A stretch of 64,000 bases of DNA from Betaproteobacteria bacterium (GTDB lineage Bacteria; Pseudomonadota; Gammaproteobacteria; Burkholderiales; Burkholderiaceae_C). A program made the position numbers and the translations under genes. Below the pieces are notes generated by a model that saw nothing but the letters and a program-made list of their open reading frames with translations, searched no databases and was not told the DNA's origin. Positions 1-9,015 of this stretch are shown piece after piece. The stretch spans positions 2,211 through 66,210 of the forward strand of contig RGCL01000006.1 in NCBI GenBank assembly GCA_009919175.1. Reading direction: 5' to 3'. Position 1 is the first letter of the stretch. Every line of letters begins with the position of its first letter.

Positions 1-552
1 GACCTCAACGACGCCTTCGAGCGCGATTTCTGGTCAGGTAAAAGCCTCAACGAGCTCTATACCTCGGCACAGCAAAACGCCAAGCAAGGCGGCCCCATCG
101 AACGCATTTTTGCCAGCGGCATGCGCGAATACAGCAAGCTGCGTGAACGCCGCATCGCCGACCCTGGCCTGCTGATGGACGGCGCCCGCCGCGCCATGCG
201 CGCGAGCTACCAGCGCGAGCTCGAATTCATCGATGCCAACATTTCTTTCCTGGCCTCTGTGGGTTCGGTGTCACCTTACGTGGGGCTCTTTGGCACGGTG
301 TGGGGGATCATGCATGCCTTCACCGGCCTGGCCGAGTTGCAACAAGTCACGCTGGCCAAGGTCGCACCCGGCATTGCCGAGGCCCTGGTGGCCACGGCCA
401 TTGGTCTGTTTGCTGCAATCCCGGCGGTGCTGGCCTACAACCGCTTCAACCGCGAGGTCGATCGCATCGCCAACAAGATGGAGACCTTCATCGAAGAGTT
501 CTCCAACATCTTGCAACGCAACCTGGGCGGCCAGTCGGCCACCGGTCACTGA
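1..552 (+). CDS. tolQ: TolQ (5'-truncated by window edge)
   Basis: Frame open from base 1 (DLNDAFERDFWSG...); MotA/TolQ motifs SPYVGLFGTVWGIM and APGIAEALVATAIGLFAAIPAV. Confidence 0.93.
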   Translation, partial: DLNDAFERDFWSGKSLNELYTSAQQNAKQGGPIERIFASGMREYSKLRERRIADPGLLMDGARRAMRASYQRELEFIDANISFLASVGSVSPYVGLFGTVWGIMHAFTGLAELQQVTLAKVAPGIAEALVATAIGLFAAIPAVLAYNRFNREVDRIANKMETFIEEFSNILQRNLGGQSATGH

Positions 553-563
553 GGGCACCCACC

Positions 564-1007
564 ATGCCCAGCGTGGTTTCATCCCGAGGCCGTTCGCGCC
601 GCGCCATGAGCGACATCAACATGGTGCCGTTCATCGATGTGATGCTGGTGCTGCTCATCATCTTCATGGTGACCGCGCCCCTCATGACCCCCAGCATGAT
701 CGATGTGCCCTCGGTGGGCAAAGCCGCTGCCGCCCCCGAGATGGTGCTCACCATCGAGATCGAGAAAAACGGCAAGATGCAATTGCGGCAAAAGTCATCG
801 GGCAAAACCGGTGTGGACCAAACCCACAGCGTGACCCTGGACAACGTCGCCTTGCAAGCCAAGCTCATGCAAGGCGAGTCGGATCAAATCCCGGTCATCA
901 TCAGCGCAGACAAGGCCTTGCCCTACGAAAAAGTCATGCAGGTGATGGACAAGCTGCAGCGCGCCAACGTCAAGCGAATTGGTCTGTCGGTGCGCACGCT
1001 TGATTAA
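564..1007 (+). CDS. tolR: TolR / ExbD family protein
   Basis: RRAMSDINMVPFIDVMLVLLIIFMVTAP signature; follows tolQ; ATG at 564. Confidence 0.9.
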   Translation: MPSVVSSRGRSRRAMSDINMVPFIDVMLVLLIIFMVTAPLMTPSMIDVPSVGKAAAAPEMVLTIEIEKNGKMQLRQKSSGKTGVDQTHSVTLDNVALQAKLMQGESDQIPVIISADKALPYEKVMQVMDKLQRANVKRIGLSVRTLD

Positions 1008-1013
1008 TGGCTC

Positions 1014-2027
1014 ATGCAAACCAGGGAAGCCTCCAACTTCTTGCCCCCTGCACCCGGCGCGGGTGGGCGCTCCATGTTCTTGTCGATACTGGTGCACGGG
1101 TTGCTGGTGCTGGCCCTCACTTGGGGCTTGAACTGGAACCGCCACGAGGTGGCCGTCCCCATCGCAGCAGAAGTCTGGTCAGCCATCCCTGCGCCCGCTG
1201 CGCCTCAGGCCAACTCCGAGCCCGAACCTCAGCCCGAACCCAAGCCTGAGCCGCCACCAGAACCCCAACCTGAACCCAAGCCCGAGCCCAAGCCGCAACC
1301 CAAGCCCGTGCCGCCTCCACCGCCGCCGCCCAAGGCCAGTGCCAAAGCCGAAGCAGCCAAGGAAGCCGAGATCGCCACTGCCAAGCAGCGCATCAAGGAA
1401 CAGGAAAAGGCGCGCCAAGCTGAGGCTGAGCGGGCTGCCGCCAAGCGCAAGGCCGAGCTCGACCGCAAGGAAGCCGAACATCAGGCCAAAGTGAAAAAAC
1501 TCGAAGAAGAGCGCCAACGCAAAACCGAGCAAGAGACCAAAAAGCGCGAAGAAGCGCAAAAGCGCAAGGACCAGGAAGCCAAAACCAAGCGCGAAGAACA
1601 AGCCAAGCGCGATGCCCAGGCCAAGCGCGAGGCCGAGGAAAGCCGGCGCATGGAAGAACAACGCAAGGCCAACCTGGCGCGTCTCAATCAAATGGCTGGC
1701 AACTCACCCAACCCAGACAGCACCGGCACGCAGGCCAAAGCCTCGGGGCCTTCTGACAGCTGGGGGGGGCGAATTCAAGAAGCCGTCTTGCCGCGCATCA
1801 CCTTCACCGAGGACAAGCCGCCCAACATCGTGGCCACCGTCCGGGTGAAGCTGGCCCCAGATGGCACCATTGTGGGCAAAGATCTCATCAAGACCAGCGG
1901 CAACAAAGCCTGGGACGATGCCGTGTTGCGTGCGCTGGAAAAAACCGGCAAGTTGCCGCGTGACATCGATGGCCGGATTCATACCCCGGTGGACATCGAC
2001 TTCAACCCCCGCTCGCTTCAGCGATGA
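1014..2027 (+). CDS. tolA: TolA cell envelope integrity protein
   Basis: N-terminal TM, PEPKPEP/poly-Pro segment, long A/E/K/R helix, TonB_C-like C-terminus (SGNKAWDDAVLRAL); after tolQR. Confidence 0.88.
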   Translation: MQTREASNFLPPAPGAGGRSMFLSILVHGLLVLALTWGLNWNRHEVAVPIAAEVWSAIPAPAAPQANSEPEPQPEPKPEPPPEPQPEPKPEPKPQPKPVPPPPPPPKASAKAEAAKEAEIATAKQRIKEQEKARQAEAERAAAKRKAELDRKEAEHQAKVKKLEEERQRKTEQETKKREEAQKRKDQEAKTKREEQAKRDAQAKREAEESRRMEEQRKANLARLNQMAGNSPNPDSTGTQAKASGPSDSWGGRIQEAVLPRITFTEDKPPNIVATVRVKLAPDGTIVGKDLIKTSGNKAWDDAVLRALEKTGKLPRDIDGRIHTPVDIDFNPRSLQR

Positions 2028-3909
2028 CAGGCCCCAGGCGAATGCGCACCGTCGTGCCATGACCCAGGCGGCTCTTGAAGATCAGGCTCCAGCCCTGCCT
2101 GTGCGCGATGTGATTCGCGCTGTACAAGCCCAAACCCCAGCCGCCGCGCTCAGTGGATTGCCCCACGTGTTCGCTGGCCTGTTGCGCATGCGCAGGCTTC
2201 ACATGAGACGCCAGCAAGGCCTGGGGCATGCCACTGCCCGTGTCCACGATCCACAGCCAGGCCTGACCGCCCTGTGAGCGCACGGCCATCAGGATGCGCC
2301 CCTTGGCTGGCGTGTGCCGCAAGGCGTTTTGAAACAGATTGCGAACCAAGCGGCGCAACTCGGCCTCATGGACCCTGACCTGAAGGGGCAGGAGGTGGCT
2401 GCGCAGGCTCACCGACAAGAAATTGGCCATGGGTCTATGCTCTTGCACGAGGCGCATCACCAAGGCCTTCAAGTCCCGCACCGGCGGCGGCGAGGCCGCC
2501 TCGTGCTGTGGCGTGCCGCCCTCCTCCGGAGCGTGGATGACTGCAAAGTCATCCAGCGATTCAGTGGCGTACTGCAGGCTCGTCATGACTTCTTCCTTGG
2601 CCACCACCTCGGGCGAGTTGAGCAGGTGAACGGCCATGCGGATGCTCATCAGGGGTTGCCACAAGTCATGCTGCAGCATGGCCCACCACACCTGCCGCTC
2701 ATGCAGACGTTGCAATTGCGTGCGCTCCTCATCGCGCATGGCCATGACCTGCTGCCAGATTGATGCGGCAAACACCACGGCCACCGCCGAGCCCTGGACC
2801 ACGTTCGCCCACAAGGTCACCTGCGCGCTCCAATCCATCCAGCGATGCAGCACATACACCACGGCTGAGAGCAGATAGATGAACCAGATCATGACCATTT
2901 GGCGGGTCTGCAGGGTGGGCTGACGCTTCATGGCCCACAGGGCCACAACCAGCAGTCCCAGGGCTTGCGCACTGCCCAGCCAGACCAGTTGAAAGCGCAA
3001 ACTCCAGGGCGCCCACAGCGCCAGCCCCGGCGCGACCAGCCACCACCAGCCCATGAGCAAAGAAAGGAGCATGCTCACCCAGGCGGGAAGCACCCCTGCC
3101 ACCACCGCCCTGGCATGCCACAAGCCCAATCCAAGCAGCAGCAAGTAGGCGGTCTCGCCCACCCAGCCCCAGGTCCAGCGGTCCCACCAGGGCATGAGCC
3201 ACACGCCAAGGCCACTGACCCACAGCATGCCCACCCATTCCGACACCGCCATGGCCAGCATCAGCACCAAGCCCTGACTCCAGGTTTTGGGCCAATACGC
3301 CAGCGACATCAGGACCAGCGCCAAAGGCAGGGTGATGAGCAGCACCGACATCACCGCCGAGTTTTTTTCCAGTTGCAGGTGTTCCTCAGCTGGCATGAGC
3401 ACCAGGGGAAAGCGAACGCGGTTGTAGCCATTGACCAGGATGAGCCAGTCGTTGGCTTCCTGCGCTTGCCAATGCAAGATCCAGTGCACATGTTGCGCCC
3501 CTTGCAGCCAGCCTGTGCCCGCGTCGGCACGCGACACACGCTGCCATCCCCCTGGCCCATGTCGCCACAGCTGCACATCGTCTTGCGTGGTGGAGGGGTA
3601 GACCAGCACCTTGGTCATGGGGGTGGACTGAGGGTTGACCATGCGCAATCGCGCCCATCGCGCCTGGGGAATCCAGCCACCCACCTGGGCCTGCTCATGC
3701 GCCAAGCCATGCCCACCCTGTTGCTGCCAAGCCTGCATCGCCTCGTCGGGAGAGTCCGACTGCGAGGGCAGGTTCAGCACCGAGAGGTGTGGCCACAGTT
3801 TTTGTGTGCCCGAGGTCAGCACCAAGTCTTGCTGGGGCTGGGCACAAACCCCGAGCGCGAAGGCCCAAAAGACCATCAGCCCCAGTCTCCAGATCCGCGC
3901 TGTGCACAT
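2002..3909 (-). CDS. Membrane sensor histidine kinase with 7TM-DISM-type N-terminus
   Basis: Signal peptide, periplasmic domain, about 7 TM helices, H-box QHDLWQPL, N-box NLFQNALRHT, DTGSGM and GWGLGL G-boxes. Confidence 0.8.
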   Translation of the reverse strand: MCTARIWRLGLMVFWAFALGVCAQPQQDLVLTSGTQKLWPHLSVLNLPSQSDSPDEAMQAWQQQGGHGLAHEQAQVGGWIPQARWARLRMVNPQSTPMTKVLVYPSTTQDDVQLWRHGPGGWQRVSRADAGTGWLQGAQHVHWILHWQAQEANDWLILVNGYNRVRFPLVLMPAEEHLQLEKNSAVMSVLLITLPLALVLMSLAYWPKTWSQGLVLMLAMAVSEWVGMLWVSGLGVWLMPWWDRWTWGWVGETAYLLLLGLGLWHARAVVAGVLPAWVSMLLSLLMGWWWLVAPGLALWAPWSLRFQLVWLGSAQALGLLVVALWAMKRQPTLQTRQMVMIWFIYLLSAVVYVLHRWMDWSAQVTLWANVVQGSAVAVVFAASIWQQVMAMRDEERTQLQRLHERQVWWAMLQHDLWQPLMSIRMAVHLLNSPEVVAKEEVMTSLQYATESLDDFAVIHAPEEGGTPQHEAASPPPVRDLKALVMRLVQEHRPMANFLSVSLRSHLLPLQVRVHEAELRRLVRNLFQNALRHTPAKGRILMAVRSQGGQAWLWIVDTGSGMPQALLASHVKPAHAQQASEHVGQSTERGGWGLGLYSANHIAHRQGWSLIFKSRLGHGTTVRIRLGPVIAEASGG

Positions 3910-3914
3910 GTAGG

Positions 3915-4568
3915 TCAGGTCCCCTTGTGACCGCGCAGGTCCGCCCACTCCAAATAGAGTTGAACGGCCTCGGTCCGGTTGCGTACGCCCAGGAGCCGAT
4001 AGGCGTCGCGCAAATGCGTTCTCACGGTCTCCTCACTCACAGACAAACGATCTGCGATTTCCTGATTGCTCAAACCCCGTGAGAGTTGCATGAGGACTTC
4101 GACTTGACGGGGGGTGAGGCGCATCAAGGGATTGGGGCTGGGCTCGGCAACATGACAGGGCGCCATGTGACCTGCATCCTGCAAGGCCAGCAACTGCTCG
4201 CGCACCATGCGTTGCCAGGTGACGCTGTGCATGGTCTTGGCCACCCAGCGCGCGCCCTGCTGGGCGCAGGTCTGCCGGATGCTGTCATCGTTGAGTGCGG
4301 TGCACACCCACACCAGGCTGGGTGCACAGGCGCGGATGCGCTGGGCCAGCGGGGGCAACAAGGCATCCTGGGATTGGGATCGCGACAAGGCCACATCCAT
4401 GATCACCCAGTCGAACGGGACTTGCAGGCGATGGGACCGCATCACGATCGTGTGGGCACTGGGCCAATCATTCACATGATGGATCTGGCAGTCGGGGGCA
4501 TGGTGCTTGATTTGCATCACCCAGCCCTGCACCACCATGGGGTGATCTTCGATGATGAGCACTTTCAT
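3915..4568 (-). CDS. NarL/LuxR-family response regulator
   Basis: MKVLIIEDH receiver start; C-terminal LTPRQVEVL...GLSNQEIADRLSVSEETVRTHL HTH. Confidence 0.88.
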   Translation of the reverse strand: MKVLIIEDHPMVVQGWVMQIKHHAPDCQIHHVNDWPSAHTIVMRSHRLQVPFDWVIMDVALSRSQSQDALLPPLAQRIRACAPSLVWVCTALNDDSIRQTCAQQGARWVAKTMHSVTWQRMVREQLLALQDAGHMAPCHVAEPSPNPLMRLTPRQVEVLMQLSRGLSNQEIADRLSVSEETVRTHLRDAYRLLGVRNRTEAVQLYLEWADLRGHKGT

Positions 4569-4656
4569 GCGGTGTCCTCCTGGGGCAGGACAACGCTTCA
4601 AGCCCGATGTGCGTGAGTTGGATCAGTGATGTCGAGGTTTCAGTCTAGACCCTGAT

Positions 4657-4676
4657 CCCCAGCGCATGGGCTGGGG
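4657..4676. terminator. GC-rich hairpin downstream of aroC
   Basis: CCCCAGC-GCATGG-GCTGGGG 7-bp stem; no U-tract on the aroC strand. Confidence 0.35.
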
Positions 4677-4702
4677 TTTGCATGGAGGCTTGGCGGCGGT
4701 GC

Positions 4703-5800
4703 TCAGGGACGCTGGGCTGCAATGGGATGCAGACCGGTTTGCACGTCACCGCATTGAGCGCGGTGCTTGAGCACATGGTCCATGACCACCAGGGCCAGCA
4801 AGGCCTCGGCGATGGGGGCGGCGCGGATGCCCACACACGGGTCGTGACGGCCTTTGGTGATCACCGAGGTGGGCTGACCCTGCGCATCGATGGTCTCGCG
4901 GGGGATGAGGATGGAGCTGGTGGGCTTGATGGCCAAGCGCACCTCCAGGTCCTGCCCAGTGCTGATGCCGCCCAGGACGCCCCCTGCATGGTTGGTTGCA
5001 AAGCCCTCGGGTGTGAGGGTGTCGCCGTGCTGGCTGCCCTTGTGCAGCACCGACTCAAAGCCCGAGCCAATCTCCACGCCTTTGACCGCGTTCAGACCCA
5101 TCATCGCCCAGGCGATGTCGGCATCGAGCTTGTCGTAAAGCGGCTGACCCAAGCCCACAGGCATGCCCGTGGCCACCACCCGGATCGCAGCACCACAGGA
5201 GTCGCCCGATTTGCGCAAGGCATCCATGTAGTGCTCCAGGGCAGACACATCGGCCAGCGGCGCAAAAAACGGGTTGTGCTCGACGTGCGCCCAGGATTCA
5301 AAGGCAATGGGCAGCTCGCCCAGTTGCACCATGCAGGCCTTGAAGGCAATGCCCAAATGCTGCTTGAGCCATTTGCGCGCCACAGCCCCAGCGGCCACCG
5401 TGGGCGCGGTCAGGCGTGCCGATGAGCGCCCGCCACCTCGTGGGTCGCGCACGCCGTACTTTTGCCAGTAGGTGTAGTCGGCATGACCAGGGCGAAAGGT
5501 CTGAAGGATGTCGCCATAGTCCTTGCTGCGCTGGTCGGTGTTGTGGATCACCAGGGCAATCGGTGTGCCGGTGGTCACGCCTTGGTAAACCCCCGAGAGG
5601 ATTTGCACGGCATCGGGCTCCTGGCGTTGGGTCACGTAACGGCTGGTGCCAGGGCGGCGGCGGTCGAGTTCGGACTGGATGTCGGCCTCGGCGAGTTCAA
5701 GACCGGGCGGACAGCCATCGATCACGCAGCCAATGGCCGGGCCGTGGGATTCACCAAAGTTGGTGACACAAAACAAATCGCCGAAGGTGTTGCCGCTCAT
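4703..5800 (-). CDS. aroC: Chorismate synthase
   Basis: MSGNTFG...GESHG, RPGHAD, GGRSSAR, RHDPC motifs. Confidence 0.97.
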   Translation of the reverse strand: MSGNTFGDLFCVTNFGESHGPAIGCVIDGCPPGLELAEADIQSELDRRRPGTSRYVTQRQEPDAVQILSGVYQGVTTGTPIALVIHNTDQRSKDYGDILQTFRPGHADYTYWQKYGVRDPRGGGRSSARLTAPTVAAGAVARKWLKQHLGIAFKACMVQLGELPIAFESWAHVEHNPFFAPLADVSALEHYMDALRKSGDSCGAAIRVVATGMPVGLGQPLYDKLDADIAWAMMGLNAVKGVEIGSGFESVLHKGSQHGDTLTPEGFATNHAGGVLGGISTGQDLEVRLAIKPTSSILIPRETIDAQGQPTSVITKGRHDPCVGIRAAPIAEALLALVVMDHVLKHRAQCGDVQTGLHPIAAQRP

Positions 5801-5855
5801 GGAAGGGCATTATTCCAGACGCCACGCCCGACACCGTGGGCAAGCGGCGGCGGGT

Positions 5856-6311
5856 TCAGGCGCGACCCGATTCGGGTTCAGCCGGCCAGTCGCGGATGTA
5901 GGCCTTGAGCATCTTGTTCTCGAAGTTCTGAGCATCCACCACGGCCTTGGCCACGTCGTAAAAGCTGATCACACCCATGAGCATGGCGCCGTCCATCACC
6001 GGCAAATAGCGGGCATGGCACTCGAGCATGAGGCGGCGCACTTCGTCCAGATCGGTCTCGGGCGAGCAGGTCATGGGGTGGGCTTCCATGGCTTGCTGCA
6101 CGGTGGCCTCGCCCAGCTCACCGTGCTGCTGGTGCAGGGCTTTGATGATTTCACGGAAGGTGAGCACGCCAGCGAGTTGGCCCCGGTTCATGATGACCAG
6201 CGAGCCCAGGTCATGCTCGGCCATGATGCGAATGGCCTCGTTGAGCCGGGCACCCGGATCCAGGGTGAACAAGGTATTGCCTTTGACGCGAAGGATGTCG
6301 CTGACTTTCAT
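5856..6311 (-). CDS. CBS domain-containing protein
   Basis: Tandem CBS pair (MAEHDLGSLVIM; ARYLPVMDG...GVISFYDV). Confidence 0.85.
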   Translation of the reverse strand: MKVSDILRVKGNTLFTLDPGARLNEAIRIMAEHDLGSLVIMNRGQLAGVLTFREIIKALHQQHGELGEATVQQAMEAHPMTCSPETDLDEVRRLMLECHARYLPVMDGAMLMGVISFYDVAKAVVDAQNFENKMLKAYIRDWPAEPESGRA

Positions 6312-6385
6312 GATCCGTCTCCAGAGTGCTCCAATCTGAACGGATACTAGCGCATCCCTTTGAACCTGGACCCTGGAGCAAACCC

Positions 6386-7696
6386 ATGCCTGGATACAGC
6401 GACCCGCACTTTGACACCCTCACCCTTCACGCTGGTGCAGCCCCCGACCCCACCACGGGGGCCAGAGCCACGCCCATTCACCTGAGCACATCGTTCGTGT
6501 TCGAGTCCAGTGATCAGGCCGCCGCCCTCTTCAACCTCGAACAATCCGGCCATGTGTACAGTCGCCTGAGCAACCCCACGACCGCGGTGTTCGAGCAGCG
6601 CATGGCCGCCCTCGAAGGCGGTGTGGGCGCGATTGCCACCGCCAGCGGGCAAGCCGCCTTGCACCTGGCCGTGGCCACGCTCATGGGTGCGGGCGGGCAC
6701 ATCGTGGCCAGCACCTCACTGTATGGCGGCTCGCACAACCTCTTGCACGACACCTTGTCGCGCTTTGGCATTGCCACCACCTTTGTTCGCCCCGATGACC
6801 TTGACGGCTGGCGCGCGGCCATCACACCGCAAACCCGGTTGCTTTTTGGCGAAACCGTGGGCAACCCGGGGCTGGATGTGCTGGACATCCCGGCCTTGGC
6901 GCAACTGGGGCGCGATCACGGCATCCCCCTGCTGGTGGACAGCACCCTCACGCCACCCTGCGTGTTGCAACCCTTGTCGCTGGGCGCGAGCCTGGTCTTT
7001 CATTCGGCCACCAAGTTCCTCAGCGGCCACGGCACCGTGATTGGCGGCGTGCTCGTCGATGGCGGTGAATTCGACTGGCTGGGCAGCGGGCGCTTCCCCG
7101 AACTCACCCAACCCTATGCGGGCTTTCATCACATGGTCTTTCAGGACGAGAGCACCACAGGGGCGTTTTTGCTGCGCGCACGCCGCGAGGGCTTGCGCGA
7201 CTTCGGCGCATGCCTGAGTCCGCACAGCGCCTGGCTGATCCTGCAAGGCCTGGAGACCTTGCCCCTGCGCATGCAACGCCATTTGGACAACACCGAAAAG
7301 CTGGTGGGCTTTCTGAGCCAGCAAGCCCTGGTCGAGCGCGTGCATCACCCGCTCATGCCAGGGCATCGCAGCCATGCCCTGGCGCAGCGCCTCTTGCCAG
7401 GCGGCGCCAAGAGTGCCGGCGCCGTCTTCAGCTTTGACCTCAAGGGCGGGCGCGCGCAAGGCCAGGCCTTCATCGAATCGCTCAAGCTATTTAGCCATTT
7501 GGCCAATGTGGGGGACTGCCGCAGTCTGGTGATCCATCCAGCCAGCACCACGCATTTCCGCATGAGCGACGACGCCTTGCGCGCCGCTGGCATTGGCCCC
7601 GGCACGATCCGGCTTTCGGTGGGTCTGGAAAACGCCGATGACCTGATCGACGACCTCAAGCGCGCCCTCAAGCGCGCCGAGAAAGTGGGAGCCTGA
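6386..7696 (+). CDS. metY: O-acetylhomoserine aminocarboxypropyltransferase (Cys/Met metabolism PLP enzyme)
   Basis: YSRLSNPT, HSATKFLSGHG (PLP Lys), HPASTTH, RLSVGLE. Confidence 0.88.
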   Translation: MPGYSDPHFDTLTLHAGAAPDPTTGARATPIHLSTSFVFESSDQAAALFNLEQSGHVYSRLSNPTTAVFEQRMAALEGGVGAIATASGQAALHLAVATLMGAGGHIVASTSLYGGSHNLLHDTLSRFGIATTFVRPDDLDGWRAAITPQTRLLFGETVGNPGLDVLDIPALAQLGRDHGIPLLVDSTLTPPCVLQPLSLGASLVFHSATKFLSGHGTVIGGVLVDGGEFDWLGSGRFPELTQPYAGFHHMVFQDESTTGAFLLRARREGLRDFGACLSPHSAWLILQGLETLPLRMQRHLDNTEKLVGFLSQQALVERVHHPLMPGHRSHALAQRLLPGGAKSAGAVFSFDLKGGRAQGQAFIESLKLFSHLANVGDCRSLVIHPASTTHFRMSDDALRAAGIGPGTIRLSVGLENADDLIDDLKRALKRAEKVGA

Positions 7697-7698
7697 CC

Positions 7699-8529
7699 AT
7701 GGAGCTGCAAGTCAATCAACGCACGGTCTACGCTTACACGGGGGGCAAAGCCTTCAGAGCCGATCAGCCCACCGTGGTGTTTGTGCATGGCGTGCTCAAC
7801 GACCATTCGGTGTGGATCCTGCAAAGCCGCTACCTGGCCAACCACGGCTGGAATGTGCTGGCCGTGGACTTGCCCGGCCACATGCGAAGCCAGGGACCTT
7901 GCCCACGCAGTGTGCAAGAAGCCGCCGACTGGCTGGCTGCTGTGCTCGATGCCGCAGGCCTTGCCCAGGCCGCCGTGGTGGGCCACAGCTGGGGCTCGCT
8001 GATCGGCCTGGAGACGGCCGCACGGCACCCCTTGCGCGTGAGCCACCTGGCGATGGTGGGCACGGCCTATCCCATGAAGGTGTCCGATGTCTTGCTGCGC
8101 GACTCGGTGGACAACCCCGAGGCAGCGATTCACCTCATCAATGTGTTTTCGCGCTCCACCTTGTGCGCGCCGCCATCGGCGCTGGGTCCAGGCACCTGGG
8201 TGTTTGGGGCCAACCGGGCGCTCAACCGCCGAGTGATGCGCGCCAATCCGCACGAGCCGGTGTTCCACCTGGGCTTCAAGGCTTGCAACGATTACGCCAA
8301 CGGCTTGCAGGCCATGGCCAAGGTGACTTGCCCGGTGCTGTTCATCCATGGCGAACAAGACCAGATGACCCCACCGCGCGCGGCCAAGGAGCTGGTGCAG
8401 ACCGCCAAAGCCCATGCCCCTGCCGTGAGCGAAGTGACCGTGCCCTGCGGCCACCACCAGATGAACGAGTCGCCCAGGGAAACCCTGCACGCCCTGTGTG
8501 ACTTTTTGGGCACGCGCCCCAGAAGCTGA
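7699..8529 (+). CDS. Alpha/beta fold hydrolase
   Basis: FVHG, DLPGH, GHSWG nucleophile elbow, C-terminal GHH. Confidence 0.85.
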   Translation: MELQVNQRTVYAYTGGKAFRADQPTVVFVHGVLNDHSVWILQSRYLANHGWNVLAVDLPGHMRSQGPCPRSVQEAADWLAAVLDAAGLAQAAVVGHSWGSLIGLETAARHPLRVSHLAMVGTAYPMKVSDVLLRDSVDNPEAAIHLINVFSRSTLCAPPSALGPGTWVFGANRALNRRVMRANPHEPVFHLGFKACNDYANGLQAMAKVTCPVLFIHGEQDQMTPPRAAKELVQTAKAHAPAVSEVTVPCGHHQMNESPRETLHALCDFLGTRPRS

Positions 8530-8571
8530 CCCTGGGTGACAATCCAGGCCATGCCTTGATGGAGTCCTGGA

Positions 8572-9015
8572 TTGAACACCGAAGTTGAGATTGCCCCGAA
8601 TGTCTTGTGGACGCAGCGCCTTGCCGTGGGCTGTCTGGTGGGTCTGGTGGTGCTGAGCCTGGGTTGGGAATTGTGGTGGGCACCCATCAGACCGGGTGGA
8701 TCCTGGTTGGCCCTCAAGGCCTTGCCCTTGTGCATTCCTCTGGCGGGCTTGCTCAAGCGCCGCCTCTACACCTACCGCTGGGTGAGCCTGCTGGTGTGGC
8801 TCTATTTCACCGAGGGCGTGGTGCGCGCCTGGAGCGACCCCATGCCCAGCCGCATGCTGGCGGGCTTAGAAATTGCCCTCTGCCTGGGTTTGTTTGCTGC
8901 CTGCGCCGCCCATGTTCGGTTTCGCTTTCAACACGCCAGGCAACTGGCACTGGCTCAGGACGGCGATCCGGCCGACCCGACCTCCCCAGCCCCTCAAGGA
9001 GCCCCTCATGTCTGA
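8572..9015 (+). CDS. DUF2069-like inner membrane protein (TTG start uncertain)
   Basis: Four TM segments; LKALPL...YTYRW...LYFTEG pattern. Confidence 0.7.
   Translation: MNTEVEIAPNVLWTQRLAVGCLVGLVVLSLGWELWWAPIRPGGSWLALKALPLCIPLAGLLKRRLYTYRWVSLLVWLYFTEGVVRAWSDPMPSRMLAGLEIALCLGLFAACAAHVRFRFQHARQLALAQDGDPADPTSPAPQGAPHV

Noticed and set aside
1215-1335. Short tandem repeats in tolA (PEPKPEP, poly-Pro)
   Set aside because: Normal TolA low-complexity coding sequence, not a CRISPR array or contingency locus.
6313-6380. TGCTCCA/TGGAGCA complementarity upstream of metY as a possible SAM-type switch
   Set aside because: Both are SD-like sequences of the two divergent genes, the spacer is only 74 bp, and no SAM or SAH aptamer consensus is visible.
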